This document shows positions 50,193-60,686 of a stretch of DNA of 61,845 nucleotides, one piece after another (within the stretch, counting starts at the first letter, position 1; every line of letters begins with the position of its first letter). The DNA comes from Chitinophagaceae bacterium (GTDB lineage Bacteria; Bacteroidota; Bacteroidia; Chitinophagales; Chitinophagaceae): positions 1 to 61,845 of the forward strand of contig JBPPMM010000719.1 in NCBI GenBank assembly GCA_051306075.1, read 5' to 3'. The notes below the pieces were generated by a model. It was given only the letters and a program-made list of their open reading frames with translations, did not search any database and had not been told where the DNA came from. A program made the translations under genes and the position numbers.

Positions 50193-50357
50193 TTGTAAAT
50201 TTTATTTATACCCCTCAAATTAATCATCTGATAAAGGATCAATCTATTCATTATTTCGGCCTTGCACATTACTCAGTACATTCCTGCAAATATATAGGTT
50301 CAGGAAGTTTAGCCATTGAAAAATTGAGGTAACAAATAAAAAATATCCTCTTTATTT

Positions 50358-50864
50358 TCAAACGTTTTTATCAACATCCTGGCCTTCGTGTTTTTTTAAG
50401 AGGACAATCGCCTGAGCAGTTAACCCTTCCCTTCTTCCTACAAAACCCATCTGTTCAGTTGTAGTCGCCTTTATGGATATATCTTTTTCTGAAATAGAGG
50501 CTATGGTTGCAATTACCTGTCGCATCTGACCTGTATAGGACTTTATTTTGGGTTCTTCCAGACAAAGGGTGGTATCGATATTGACGATTGAATATCCTTC
50601 TTCTGCTATCATCTTTACAGTTTTCTCCAGTAAAATTTTGCTATCAATATTTTTATATGTTTCGTCCGTATCCGGGAAATGTACACCTATGTCACCCAAA
50701 CATAAGGCACCTAATAATGCATCGCAAATAGCATGCAACAATACATCAGCATCACTATGTCCTAAAGCTCCTTTATCATGAGGAATTTTCACACCACCAA
50801 TCCACAGATCTCTTCCGGCTTGCAATTGGTGAAAATCAATGCCCATACCTATTCTATACGACAT
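50358..50864 (-). CDS. ispF: 2-C-methyl-D-erythritol 2,4-cyclodiphosphate synthase
   Basis: RIG.G.DFH, HSDADVLLHA, GDIG.HFP, KATTTE. Confidence 0.95.
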   Translation of the reverse strand: MSYRIGMGIDFHQLQAGRDLWIGGVKIPHDKGALGHSDADVLLHAICDALLGALCLGDIGVHFPDTDETYKNIDSKILLEKTVKMIAEEGYSIVNIDTTLCLEEPKIKSYTGQMRQVIATIASISEKDISIKATTTEQMGFVGRREGLTAQAIVLLKKHEGQDVDKNV

Positions 50865-51014
50865 ATAATTATTTTAAGGTGCAAATATAGAATGTTGCTA
50901 CTTGTTGGATTTAGAATGGTTCAGGAAGGTTCTCTTGAAATTGATTGGATTAGATTCCTTCCTGGTAATCATCTCAATCTTTATATAAAAACCAATTAGG
51001 GAGTAAATATTTAT

Positions 51015-51044
51015 AAAAAAAATGTCTCCTGTTTGCAAGAGACA
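51015..51044 (-). terminator. Intrinsic terminator after porV
   Basis: TGTCTC/GAGACA stem followed by T8 on the minus strand. Confidence 0.6.
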
Positions 51045-51070
51045 ATTTCTTAATTAATTTAAATATGTTT

Positions 51071-52237
51071 TTAATTAGAATTTTCTACAGCACCTCCATC
51101 GAGGTCAAATAAAACGGAGAATCTAAGTGTATTTGACAATGGGTTTTGAGTGACGCCACTCCCTGAAGGCAACAGATAAGAAAAGTTAAGCCCGAAAATA
51201 TTATACTTCACACCCAGACCAACGGTAAAATACCGGCGGTTTCCCTTGGTTTTATCTTCAAAGAAATATCCGGCACGGAGAGCAAATTGATTTTGATACC
51301 AAAACTCCGCACCAGCAGATACCTGCAACTCTTTTACTTCCTCTTTAATGCCACCGGGCGCATCGCCAAAAGAACCAAACCAGCTTGCAACAAGGCCTTT
51401 CTTTCTATAATCAGCTATTGCATTTGGATCGCTAAGATCTGTAGGCGGAGTAGGCACTAATAATTTATTAATATCAAGTCCGAAAGTTAATTTGTTGTCT
51501 TCATTAAAATTTTTGGTCCAGGTAGATCCTAATCCAAGATTGGCAGGAATAAAATCCTTTGCATCTGCATTACCGGTATAAGATATTTTGGAACCCAGGT
51601 TGGTCAGCGTTGCTCCGTAGGCAAAACCATCTCCGGCACCATTCTTCCCATCGTAATAAAAACCGATATCCCCCGCTACAGAATTGCCTGCCTGGTATGT
51701 ATTCCCACTGGATACGGCTCCCGAAGCCAAATCTGAATTAATAAATCTTATGGCGATACCTAATCCTAATTTTTCAGAAAGTTTACGGGAATAACCAAAA
51801 TCAATTCCGAATTCTCTTGGTCGCCCTGTACCGTTAAGGTTTCCGCTTTGATCAGTAAACTGAATACTACCTAAACTGAAATATCGAAGGCCCAGGTTCA
51901 ATGCCTGTGTTTCATCCAATTTGTAATACCCGGATAGTGAAGCCAGGTAAACGTCATTAACAAGATTTTTTAACCAGGGAGTATAGGTAGCGGAAATTCC
52001 AACATTCGATTCATTAAATGCCACTTTCCCAATATTCCAGAAGCCGCTTCCCGCATCAGGCGAAGTAGCAACGCCAATATCACCCATACCACCGGCACGG
52101 GCATCCGGAGAAATTCTTAAGAAGGGGACAGCAGTAGTAACTACATTGATTGGTTGAGCATTTTGTGCTTTTGCAATGGATAAAAATTCACTAAAAAAGA
52201 AAATTACGGCAGCTAGCTTCCATGCGATTGGTCTCAT
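51071..52237 (-). CDS. porV: T9SS outer-membrane shuttle protein PorV
   Basis: TTAVPFLRISPDARAGGMGD, YTPWL, KGNRRY, NPLSNTLRF; upstream of ispF. Confidence 0.93.
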   Translation of the reverse strand: MRPIAWKLAAVIFFFSEFLSIAKAQNAQPINVVTTAVPFLRISPDARAGGMGDIGVATSPDAGSGFWNIGKVAFNESNVGISATYTPWLKNLVNDVYLASLSGYYKLDETQALNLGLRYFSLGSIQFTDQSGNLNGTGRPREFGIDFGYSRKLSEKLGLGIAIRFINSDLASGAVSSGNTYQAGNSVAGDIGFYYDGKNGAGDGFAYGATLTNLGSKISYTGNADAKDFIPANLGLGSTWTKNFNEDNKLTFGLDINKLLVPTPPTDLSDPNAIADYRKKGLVASWFGSFGDAPGGIKEEVKELQVSAGAEFWYQNQFALRAGYFFEDKTKGNRRYFTVGLGVKYNIFGLNFSYLLPSGSGVTQNPLSNTLRFSVLFDLDGGAVENSN

Positions 52238-52321
52238 TAGAATATACTTTTATAATTGAAACTTGAACAAAAAATAATAAAAAATAAATTGTGGCGAAAT
52301 TAATATGAACACCAGCTTTAA

Positions 52322-52560
52322 CTAAAATAGTACCAACTTTTATTTCACCTTTTTCTTAAATCGGGTCCATTTCCTGGCAAGCTGACCAATAATAAGGAAT
52401 CCTTATTTTACTTTCCTTATTGATCATACCCATCCCGCTCCAGTTCACATGAACGAATACAGGTAAGCTTTATTGCCCTTTGTTTGTTTTAATTAGGTTG
52501 ATTTGGAGGCTAATTACCTTGCTTAGTAGTGATATGTCTCCTCCTTGTTATTTTCCGCAA
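52322..52560 (-). pseudogene. porU: Degenerate relic of the porU C-terminal (CTD) region
   Basis: Fragments LIKT (52485-96), RSCELERDGYDQ*G (52414-55) and KLVLF* (52322-39) in CTD order, at the usual porU position between gldJ and porV; 5' limit uncertain. Confidence 0.6.
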
Positions 52561-52871
52561 TTTTATGGGCATATGACCGTTAAATTAATATAGGTAAAAG
52601 GCCAAAAATAGAAATCATTAGGGATATTGATTACCTGAGCCAGGTTCTCTTATTTATCCCTGATCAATAAGCATAATTGAACAAGTTCATTTTATTCCTG
52701 AAAACATGGAGACAATACCAATATTGGATAGGGAAAAAACACAGGCAAGAGAGTAAATACACTAATTTCTTTGGAAAGAAACTTATTAAGTTTGAATTTC
52801 GGCAGAAAATCCAATACCCGGACAATAATTTCATCTCAGTGGGCGTTAAATTTATTCCAATTCGTAGGTTT

Positions 52872-54437
52872 ATGCAAAAAACAATAAAAGTGAAAAACTT
52901 AGCAATTCTCCTGGCTTGTATGGTGTTTATGGCATCCTGCAAAAACTTTGGTCTTTTTAAAAAGAAAAAGGACAAATCGGATGTTACCGGCTGGAACTAC
53001 AATGATAAAGACATGGGTGGTTACCAGGTTGCCAAAGCAAAAGATCAGGCCACAGGCCCTGGGCTTGTGTTTGTTCAGGGTGGTACCTTCACAATGGGTC
53101 AAACGGATGAAGATGTAATGGGTGATTGGAATAATATTCCGCGCCGTGTATCTGTTCCTTCCTTTTATATTGATCGTACAGAGGTAGCCAATGTTCACTA
53201 TCGTGAATATTTATTCTGGCTAAATAAAGTTTTTGACCCCTCCGATCCTGTAAACTTGCCAATTATTGAAGGAGCATTGCCTGATACGTTGGTTTGGAGA
53301 AGTGAATTGAGTTATAATGAACCTTTGGTAGAGTTTTATTTTCGCCATCCTGGCTTCAATAATTACCCTGTTGTTGGGGTAAGCTGGCAGCAGGCAACAG
53401 ACTTTTGCCTCTGGAGAAGTGATCGTGTAAACGAAGGTGTTCTCCTTGAGAAAGGATATATTAATAAACAAGGTTTACAAGGTCAGCAGGGAAGTAATAA
53501 TTTTACAACAAAATCCTATTTGCTTGATTTATATCAGACAGCTCCGGGTAAAACAGCAACTTCTAAAAAGAATCCGTTGAAAACACCACAGGGCCAGCCT
53601 CGTACTAAAATTTCAATGGAGGATGGATTACTGATGCCAAATTACCGCTTGCCTTTTGAAGCAGAGTGGGAATATGCAGCGTATGGTCTTATTAACCAAA
53701 ATCCACGCCCCAGCAAAAAAGAAGGAAGACGTGGTGAAGAATTACAGTCTAACAAGCAAATATATCCCTGGTCACAAAATGTGAATGGACTTCGTGATAC
53801 ACGCCGCGGAAGCTGGCAAGGTCAGTTCCTGGCTAACTTTAAAAGAGGTTCTGGTGATAATGCCGGAGTTGCGGGTGGATTAAACGACCGTGCCTTCTAT
53901 ACTGCCGATGTAAAATCCTTCTTTCCCAATGGTTTTGGACTTTACAATATGGCGGGCAACGTAAGTGAGTGGGTTCAGGATGTGTACAGACCACTTTCTT
54001 CTATGGACTTTGATGATATGCCTGCTCCTTTCCGTGGTAATAAATACGAAAAATTGTATAAGAATGCCAACGGCGAAGCTGAAATAAATGACACCACCGG
54101 CCGGGTTAGAATGGTAGCCGTAACAGATGAAGAAAGTAAAAATCGCCGTAACTACCAAAGAGGTAATGTGATTAACTACCTTGATGGAGACACTGCATCA
54201 ATGGCAAGTTATGGATATGGAACTACTACTCTTGTAAGTGATAAATCGAGAGTTTATAAAGGTGGTAGCTGGAATGACAGGGCCTATTGGCTGAGCCCGG
54301 GAACCCGCCGCTACCTGGAAGAAGAACAGGCATTAAGCACATTAGGCTTCCGTTGTGCCATGGATCGTATGGGCAGCCCTGAAGGAAATGGCCGTAAAGT
54401 AGGACAACAGTTCCCAACCAAAAGACAGAAGAAATAA
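52872..54437 (+). CDS. gldJ: Gliding motility lipoprotein GldJ (FGE-sulfatase/SUMF1 domain)
   Basis: MASC lipobox, SDVTGWNYN, ALPDTLVW, YPVVGVSW, YRLPFEAEWEYAA; upstream of murF and divergent from porV. Confidence 0.9.
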   Translation: MQKTIKVKNLAILLACMVFMASCKNFGLFKKKKDKSDVTGWNYNDKDMGGYQVAKAKDQATGPGLVFVQGGTFTMGQTDEDVMGDWNNIPRRVSVPSFYIDRTEVANVHYREYLFWLNKVFDPSDPVNLPIIEGALPDTLVWRSELSYNEPLVEFYFRHPGFNNYPVVGVSWQQATDFCLWRSDRVNEGVLLEKGYINKQGLQGQQGSNNFTTKSYLLDLYQTAPGKTATSKKNPLKTPQGQPRTKISMEDGLLMPNYRLPFEAEWEYAAYGLINQNPRPSKKEGRRGEELQSNKQIYPWSQNVNGLRDTRRGSWQGQFLANFKRGSGDNAGVAGGLNDRAFYTADVKSFFPNGFGLYNMAGNVSEWVQDVYRPLSSMDFDDMPAPFRGNKYEKLYKNANGEAEINDTTGRVRMVAVTDEESKNRRNYQRGNVINYLDGDTASMASYGYGTTTLVSDKSRVYKGGSWNDRAYWLSPGTRRYLEEEQALSTLGFRCAMDRMGSPEGNGRKVGQQFPTKRQKK

Positions 54438-54465
54438 GAAATTGATTTTAATTGAATAGTTTTTT

Positions 54466-54496
54466 AAAACCCTCCTTTAATCAGAGGGTTTTTTTT
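54466..54496 (+). terminator. Intrinsic terminator after gldJ
   Basis: AAAACCCTC...GAGGGTTTTTTTT. Confidence 0.75.
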
Positions 54497-54537
54497 ATTC
54501 CCCTTAATTTTTATTGATTGCCGCTTATTTTTGCCCA

Positions 54538-55842
54538 ATGCAAATTGAACAACTCTATAAGATATACCAGCAAAATCCCTTTATTCAAACAGATACAAGA
54601 AAAATAAAAAAGGGTGAACTTTTTTTTGCATTAAAAGGTGACAACTTTAATGGTAATCACTTTGCCAGGCAAGCCATAGACAGCGGCGCTTCATTCGCCA
54701 TTATTGATGAAAAAGAATATGAAATTGCTGGTAAGACTATTTTAACTGACAATGTTTTAACCTCCCTTCAGGACATGGCCAGGTATCACCGTCAGCAATT
54801 TGAGATTCCATTTATCGCTATCACAGGCAGTAATGGGAAAACAACTACTAAAGAATTAATTCATGCAGTTCTTAACACAACATATAATACATATACAACG
54901 GAAGGAAATCTGAATAACCATATCGGTATACCACTAACTATTTTGAAAATTAGAAAAGATGCGCAAATAGCGATAATAGAAATGGGCGCCAATCATAAAA
55001 GTGAAATTGCATCCTATTGCAAATTTACATTGCCCACGCATGGCATCATTACTAATGTAGGTAAAGCTCACCTGGAAGGTTTTGGCAGCCTGGAAGGCGT
55101 TAAAAAAGGTAAGGGGGAATTATTTGACTTTCTTAGAGGACAACCTCATGGTTATGCTTTTGTGATGTGGGATTATGAATATTTGAGAGAAATGAGCAAG
55201 GGCATTAGTGGAATTATTAAATATGGTACCGGGGATGCACATATTACCGGGCATGTAAAAAAAAATGACCCCTATCTTGAAATGGAAATTACACAGGGTC
55301 TCGACGACCCAACAATCGAAACCCATTTGGTAGGAGATTATAATATGCCAAATATTCTTGCCGCAATTACCGTAGGCAAAACTTTTAAGGTTCCGGAAGA
55401 AAACATAAGATCAGCTATAAAAAATTATGAACCTACAAATAGCAGGTCGCAATTAATGCAGAAAGGGTCTAATTCATTTATACTTGATGCCTATAATGCC
55501 AATCCCAGTAGTATGCGGCTGGCAATTGAGAATTTCGGTAAATACAAATCTGCATTAAAAGTTGTAATGCTTGGAGCTATGGCAGAACTTGGAAAGGAGA
55601 GCCTTACTGAACATCAAACTATTTTAAATCTGCTTGGCCAATATCAGTGGACGGAAGTTATTCTTGTAGGTGGGGATTTTTTGAAATTAAACCATTCATA
55701 CCGCACATTCGAAAATGCATCGCAAACCAGGGAATGGTTTCAGCAACAACAATTTGAAAATACTCATTTTCTTATTAAAGGAAGCAGGAGCATGCAAATG
55801 GAAAAAGTTCTGGAAAATGAAATGGAAAAAATGAATGAGTGA
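54538..55842 (+). CDS. murF: UDP-MurNAc-tripeptide--D-Ala-D-Ala ligase
   Basis: DTR, ITGSNGKTTTKE, NNHIG.PLT, EMGA, DAYNANP, KGSR. Confidence 0.95.
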   Translation: MQIEQLYKIYQQNPFIQTDTRKIKKGELFFALKGDNFNGNHFARQAIDSGASFAIIDEKEYEIAGKTILTDNVLTSLQDMARYHRQQFEIPFIAITGSNGKTTTKELIHAVLNTTYNTYTTEGNLNNHIGIPLTILKIRKDAQIAIIEMGANHKSEIASYCKFTLPTHGIITNVGKAHLEGFGSLEGVKKGKGELFDFLRGQPHGYAFVMWDYEYLREMSKGISGIIKYGTGDAHITGHVKKNDPYLEMEITQGLDDPTIETHLVGDYNMPNILAAITVGKTFKVPEENIRSAIKNYEPTNSRSQLMQKGSNSFILDAYNANPSSMRLAIENFGKYKSALKVVMLGAMAELGKESLTEHQTILNLLGQYQWTEVILVGGDFLKLNHSYRTFENASQTREWFQQQQFENTHFLIKGSRSMQMEKVLENEMEKMNE

Positions 55843-55935
55843 ATTTGAGAGATCCCTGATCAACGCATCACTCACTAAACTCGTATTCAATTCCCCGGAG
55901 ATAATTATATTCACCAGCTAATTTTTAAATAACAT

Positions 55936-56742
55936 ATGGAAATTCTGGGATATTTTGCTTCAATACTGATTGGCATTTCACTAGGTATGCTGGGAAGCGG
56001 CGGTTCTATACTTACAGTTCCGGTTTTAGTGTACCTGATGAATATAAACCCATTACTTGCTACCACCAGTTCACTTTTTATTGTGGGATCTACCAGTCTT
56101 ATAGGCGGTCTGAGAGCCTATTCCATAGGACTGGTTGACTTCAGGGCCATAACTGAATTTGGAATTCCTTCCATTTTTTCCATTTTTATTACGCGGCATT
56201 ATATTCTTCCGGCTTTGCCATACCACCTGTTTTCTATTGGTGGCATCCAGGTGTCTACTGATATGTTTTTAATGGTAATATTCGCCATTCTGATGCTGGC
56301 GGCTTCATTTACCATGATTTTTAACAGCAATGAACCCACCACCAAGGATGAATTTGTTGAAAAAAATCGCCACAACAAAGTCTTTCCTCTTGTTATTCTG
56401 GGCATTTTGATTGGCTTTATTACCGGACTACTAGGTGCGGGGGGAGGTTTTTTAATTATACCCACACTTACACTGTTTTTAAAACTTCCGATGAAAAAAG
56501 CGGTAGGAACATCATTGCTGATCATAGCCATCAATTCCCTTTTTGGCTTTCTTTTTAGTTTAAAACAGTTTGAATATAACTGGACTATTTTGATTGTATT
56601 TACCGTCTTATCAATTGTAGGTATTTTTATAGGAAGCAGGTTTGCTGATAAAATCCCCGGCGCCTCTCTAAAAAAAGGTTTTGGATGGTTTGTATTGATT
56701 ATGGGTATTTATATCATAATAAACGAAGTTTTTATTCGCTAA
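55936..56742 (+). CDS. Sulfite exporter TauE/SafE family
   Basis: G..GSGGSILTVP and GLLGAGGGFLIIP repeats, AVGTSL. Confidence 0.9.
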   Translation: MEILGYFASILIGISLGMLGSGGSILTVPVLVYLMNINPLLATTSSLFIVGSTSLIGGLRAYSIGLVDFRAITEFGIPSIFSIFITRHYILPALPYHLFSIGGIQVSTDMFLMVIFAILMLAASFTMIFNSNEPTTKDEFVEKNRHNKVFPLVILGILIGFITGLLGAGGGFLIIPTLTLFLKLPMKKAVGTSLLIIAINSLFGFLFSLKQFEYNWTILIVFTVLSIVGIFIGSRFADKIPGASLKKGFGWFVLIMGIYIIINEVFIR

Positions 56743-56859
56743 ACTTAGATTGCCTGTAAAAAACCTAATATTAAATTTCTCCGCCAAAATTTATACAACT
56801 AATTATTCCGCTTTTTTATTTTGAAATTAATTTTTATTCTATTCTTCGCTTAATATCAA

Positions 56860-57140
56860 GTTTAGAAAAGCATCTTTCATCATCTTTCAAGAAAAAGAAT
56901 TTTGGGAATGCTCTGAATACAAATATTCCCTGAAATTCTGTTTCCCCATCTGAATAAACTTTATGAATCAAGATTTTTTCGTCTTAATCATTCGTTAGTT
57001 CTTCCAGAACGGGGCCACTGTTTTACAGAGTCCGCACCTTTCAGCATAAAAATTAATATAGTAGTTAGTTTCTTCGGGTATTTACAATTCTTTGCAGGAT
57101 CATAATTATATATCATTTTTTCAAATCCTGTTTAGTCTCC
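56860..57140 (-). pseudogene. Degenerate thioredoxin
   Basis: Fragments TKQDLKKMIYNYD..KY, INFYAERCGLCKTVAP, VLEELTND*DEKILIHKV and IQSIPKILF, with frameshifts; ends approximate. Confidence 0.75.
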
Positions 57141-57346
57141 TAAATTCTCGCCACGTTAAAAAATCTAAAACGCAAAAAAATAAGATATAATTCCTGTGGA
57201 ATTATTATTATAAAAAATATTATCCATAGTGTCCCCTATCTAACCTAATAAGTTGATGAGAATCATAGATAATAACTATTAAACCTGATTAAAGTTACCC
57301 TTACTCATTTCTGGTATAATTAGTTTAGCAAATAAATAATTTTAAT

Positions 57347-58543
57347 ATGGTGCATCAACATTTGATAGTAATTATTGGAGGAGGTAATGCCGGTATATCA
57401 ACTGCAGCGCAGCTTATGAATAAACAAAAGGGATTAGATATCGCTATTATTGAACCTTCTGATAAGCATTATTATCAACCTGCCTGGACGCTGGTAGGAG
57501 CCGGAGTTTTTGATATTAATAAAACCATCCGTGAAGAAAAAGACATAATACCCAAAAATGTTAAATGGATTAAACAGAAAGTTGTTTCGTTCGAACCAGA
57601 AAATAATATAATTACTCTGGACAATAATGAAACAGTAAATTATGAATACCTTATTGTAGCGCCGGGAATGCAATTAAACTGGGAAGCCATAAAAGGATTA
57701 AAAGAAACGCTTGGAAAAAACAATGTTTGTTCCAATTACAGTTTTGAACAAGCGCCTTACACCTGGGAATGTATTAAAAATTTTAAAGGTGGAAATGCGT
57801 TATTCACCAATCCAAATACTCCGGTAAAATGTGGCGGCGCTCCTCACAAAATTATGTGGTTGGCCGCAGATTATTTTAAGAAAAATGATGTATTTAATTT
57901 AACATCCATTCAATATTGGAGTGGAGGCACCCGTCTTTTTGGAGTGGATAAATATGAGAAGACATTAAAAAAAGTTGCTGAAAGGAATAAAGTACAGTTG
58001 ATTTTTTTTACAAAACTCGTCGAAATAGACGGGCCCAATAGGAAAGCAAAATTTATAGGATTTGGTGAACAAAATAAAGACAAAGAATATATTGTTGATT
58101 TTGATATGATACATGTAACGCCACCCCAAAGTGCGCCGGATTTTGTAAGAAACAGTAAACTGGCAAACGAAGCAGGTTGGGTTGATGTAGACAAAAACAC
58201 ACTACAGCATTCCCGGTATCACAATATATTTTCATTAGGTGATGCATCTTCGTTACCTACTTCCAGAACGGGTGCCGCAATTCGTAAGCAAGTTCCCGTG
58301 TTAGTAAAAAATTTATTGGCGGTAATGGAAGGAAAAACATTAACCGGAAGTTATAATGGATATTCAAGTTGTCCGGTAGTAACCGGCTATGGCAAACTTG
58401 TGCTTTGTGAATTTGATTATAACAATCAACCATTGGAAACTTTTCCAATAGATCAAAGCAAAGAAAGATGGTCGATGTACCAACTTAAAACCAAAATTTT
58501 ACCCTGGTTATACTGGCATAAAATTTTAAAAGGCAAAATGTAA
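57347..58543 (+). CDS. sqr: Sulfide:quinone oxidoreductase (type II-like)
   Basis: GGGNAG, HYYQPAWTLVG, VKCGGAP, YNGYSSCP catalytic Cys pair. Confidence 0.88.
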   Translation: MVHQHLIVIIGGGNAGISTAAQLMNKQKGLDIAIIEPSDKHYYQPAWTLVGAGVFDINKTIREEKDIIPKNVKWIKQKVVSFEPENNIITLDNNETVNYEYLIVAPGMQLNWEAIKGLKETLGKNNVCSNYSFEQAPYTWECIKNFKGGNALFTNPNTPVKCGGAPHKIMWLAADYFKKNDVFNLTSIQYWSGGTRLFGVDKYEKTLKKVAERNKVQLIFFTKLVEIDGPNRKAKFIGFGEQNKDKEYIVDFDMIHVTPPQSAPDFVRNSKLANEAGWVDVDKNTLQHSRYHNIFSLGDASSLPTSRTGAAIRKQVPVLVKNLLAVMEGKTLTGSYNGYSSCPVVTGYGKLVLCEFDYNNQPLETFPIDQSKERWSMYQLKTKILPWLYWHKILKGKM

Positions 58544-58835
58544 TACTCTATCTTTTTATCAAATAAAAGTATACTCAATAATGTAGTAATTATTCCTTAC
58601 CTACTAAATTCTCAATTTTCATTGCTGTCGTTTCTATACAATAATGAAGAGAATGCTATAAAGTACAAGAATATAAAATTGTACCAGGCGGTTCTGTTTA
58701 GTTAATTTTGTACTCATTATTGGAAACGAGTATGGAATACAATAGATGCCGGGTTGAGCACACTTAGGAAAACCAGGGTGGACCAATAATCTAATTAATT
58801 AAAAAATATCAGGCATATATAACCCACTATTTTTA

Positions 58836-59294
58836 ATGTCAAAAAAAAATGTGAATCGTGGCTATTTATCATCTGTGTTAAGTTGCCGGTGCCCTCGTTG
58901 CAGAGAGGGAAAATTATTTCAAAAATCTCTTAGCATCAGTTTAAAAAATAATCTGCTGATGAATAAGAATTGTACTTTTTGCGGTCAGCCCAGCGAGATT
59001 GAAGTAGGGTTTTACTATGGAACCAGTTATGTTAGCTATGTACTAACCGTAGCTATGAGTGTAGCAACTCTTATTTTATGGTGGGTAATAGTCGGTTTAT
59101 CAGTCAATGATAATCGGTTCTTTTACTGGATGGGATTCAATGCTGTCCTCCTAGTAGTTCTTCAGCCATGGCTAATGAGATTCTCAAGAAGCCTTTGGAT
59201 ATCCTGGTTTGTCCGGTATGATCCTGACTGGAAGCAGAATCAACCTGAGGATGTTTCTGAACGTATGAACACAGAACAGGCAAACAATTGGTAA
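58836..59294 (+). CDS. DUF983 family membrane protein
   Basis: CPRC..G.LF, CxxC, GFYYG..YVSY, two TM helices. Confidence 0.8.
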   Translation: MSKKNVNRGYLSSVLSCRCPRCREGKLFQKSLSISLKNNLLMNKNCTFCGQPSEIEVGFYYGTSYVSYVLTVAMSVATLILWWVIVGLSVNDNRFFYWMGFNAVLLVVLQPWLMRFSRSLWISWFVRYDPDWKQNQPEDVSERMNTEQANNW

Positions 59295-59303
59295 TACCAG
59301 AAT

Positions 59304-59636
59304 CTAAAAATTAGCTTTGTCAATGATATCATCCATCAATATTGCATTATGGCTCTTATCATATATACATGCCCCATTTTTGATTAGTAGTATTTGTGGA
59401 GATTCATGCTCAACCACAAATTCCTCAGCAATCCTGTCAGACAGGGATCGAAATGCTATTAAATCCAGAAAATGAAAATTTATTTCATCCGGAGCCTGTG
59501 CTTTTTCTAACCGGTTCTTGATCATGCTACTTATTGAACAACGGGTGCTATGTTTAAAAATAACCTGAGGTTGTTTAGCGGAACGTGATATGAGTGATTC
59601 TAAAGATTCAACATTTTTTAAATTATTCCAGATCAT
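59304..59636 (-). CDS. ytxJ: Bacillithiol-system thioredoxin-like protein YtxJ (DUF2847)
   Basis: IFKHSTRCSIS, HESPQ. Confidence 0.88.
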   Translation of the reverse strand: MIWNNLKNVESLESLISRSAKQPQVIFKHSTRCSISSMIKNRLEKAQAPDEINFHFLDLIAFRSLSDRIAEEFVVEHESPQILLIKNGACIYDKSHNAILMDDIIDKANF

Positions 59637-59691
59637 TAACTACTTACTTTGATTAAAAATTCTGCATTACTCTAAGGCCTAACAGATTATG

Positions 59692-59778
59692 CGGAGACTA
59701 AGGGATTCGAACCCTTGATACAGTTTCCCGTATACACACTTTCCAGGCGTGCTCCTTCAACCACTCGGACAAGTCTCC
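59692..59778 (-). tRNA. tRNA-Ser(GGA)
   Basis: GGAGACT/AGTCTCC acceptor stem, CCGAGTGGTTGAAGG D-arm, CTGGAAA anticodon loop, long variable arm, GGTTCGAATCC. Confidence 0.96.
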
Positions 59779-59810
59779 TTTAAAGGGTTGCAAAAATACG
59801 GTTTCACCCC

Positions 59811-60578
59811 TTAGAGACCGAATAATTTTTCAGCATTTGTTGTAGTAATAGTCGCTATTTCTTCCGGACTCAGATCCTTTATTTCAGCCAGTTTCCCGGC
59901 AATCCGGGAAATATAAGAACATTCATTTCTTTTGCCCCTGAAAGGAGCGGGTGCCAGATATGGCGAATCAGTTTCTAAAACAAAGTGGTTCAGATCAATT
60001 TCTTTTAAAATATGGTCCAGGCCCGCATTTTTAAAAGTAAGTACTCCCCCGATACCTAAATAAAACCCAAGTTCTATAAGTTGAAAGGCTTGTTCCTGGC
60101 TACCAGAAAAACAATGAAATACTCCTTTTAGCTTGCCTTTTTGATGTTGCCCAATTACCCTGATACAATCCTCAGTTGCATTTCGGGAGTGAACTGATAC
60201 CGGAATATCAAAGTGCATAGCCCACTCTAGTTGCCGGCTAAAGGCCTCATATTGTTGATTCTTAAAAGATATATCCCAATAAAAATCGAGACCTATCTCA
60301 CCAATAGCTATGAACTTTCGCAAACCAAGATATTCTTCTACTATTTGCAACTCCTTTAGAAAATTTTCTTTAACTGAACAAGGATGGAGTCCCATCATAC
60401 TTATACATGTATCCGGATATTCGCTTTGTATTTTCAACATGCCTTCATGAGATGCTGAATCAATAGCAGGCATAAGTATTTTATTTACCCCTTCTGCATT
60501 TGCTCTCTGCAAAACTTCATTTCGGTCTTTATCAAATTCGGCCAGGTAAATGTGAGCATGTGTATCAATTAAATTCAT
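59811..60578 (-). CDS. TatD family hydrolase
   Basis: IDTHAH, GLHP, IGEIGLD, HSR, HCF, ETDSPYL. Confidence 0.93.
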   Translation of the reverse strand: MNLIDTHAHIYLAEFDKDRNEVLQRANAEGVNKILMPAIDSASHEGMLKIQSEYPDTCISMMGLHPCSVKENFLKELQIVEEYLGLRKFIAIGEIGLDFYWDISFKNQQYEAFSRQLEWAMHFDIPVSVHSRNATEDCIRVIGQHQKGKLKGVFHCFSGSQEQAFQLIELGFYLGIGGVLTFKNAGLDHILKEIDLNHFVLETDSPYLAPAPFRGKRNECSYISRIAGKLAEIKDLSPEEIATITTTNAEKLFGL

Positions 60579-60686
60579 ATGAGTCAAAAATTATCGCGAA
60601 CGTGTTTAGAAAATAAATATTGTCCTTAGTTTATAAACACTTGTAAATTAGTTTGGATTAATGAAAAATTATTTTACCTTTAGAAC

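Noticed and set aside
52677-52871. 65-aa N-terminal extension of GldJ
   Set aside because: The lipoprotein signal begins near ATG 52872; the extension is likely incidental.
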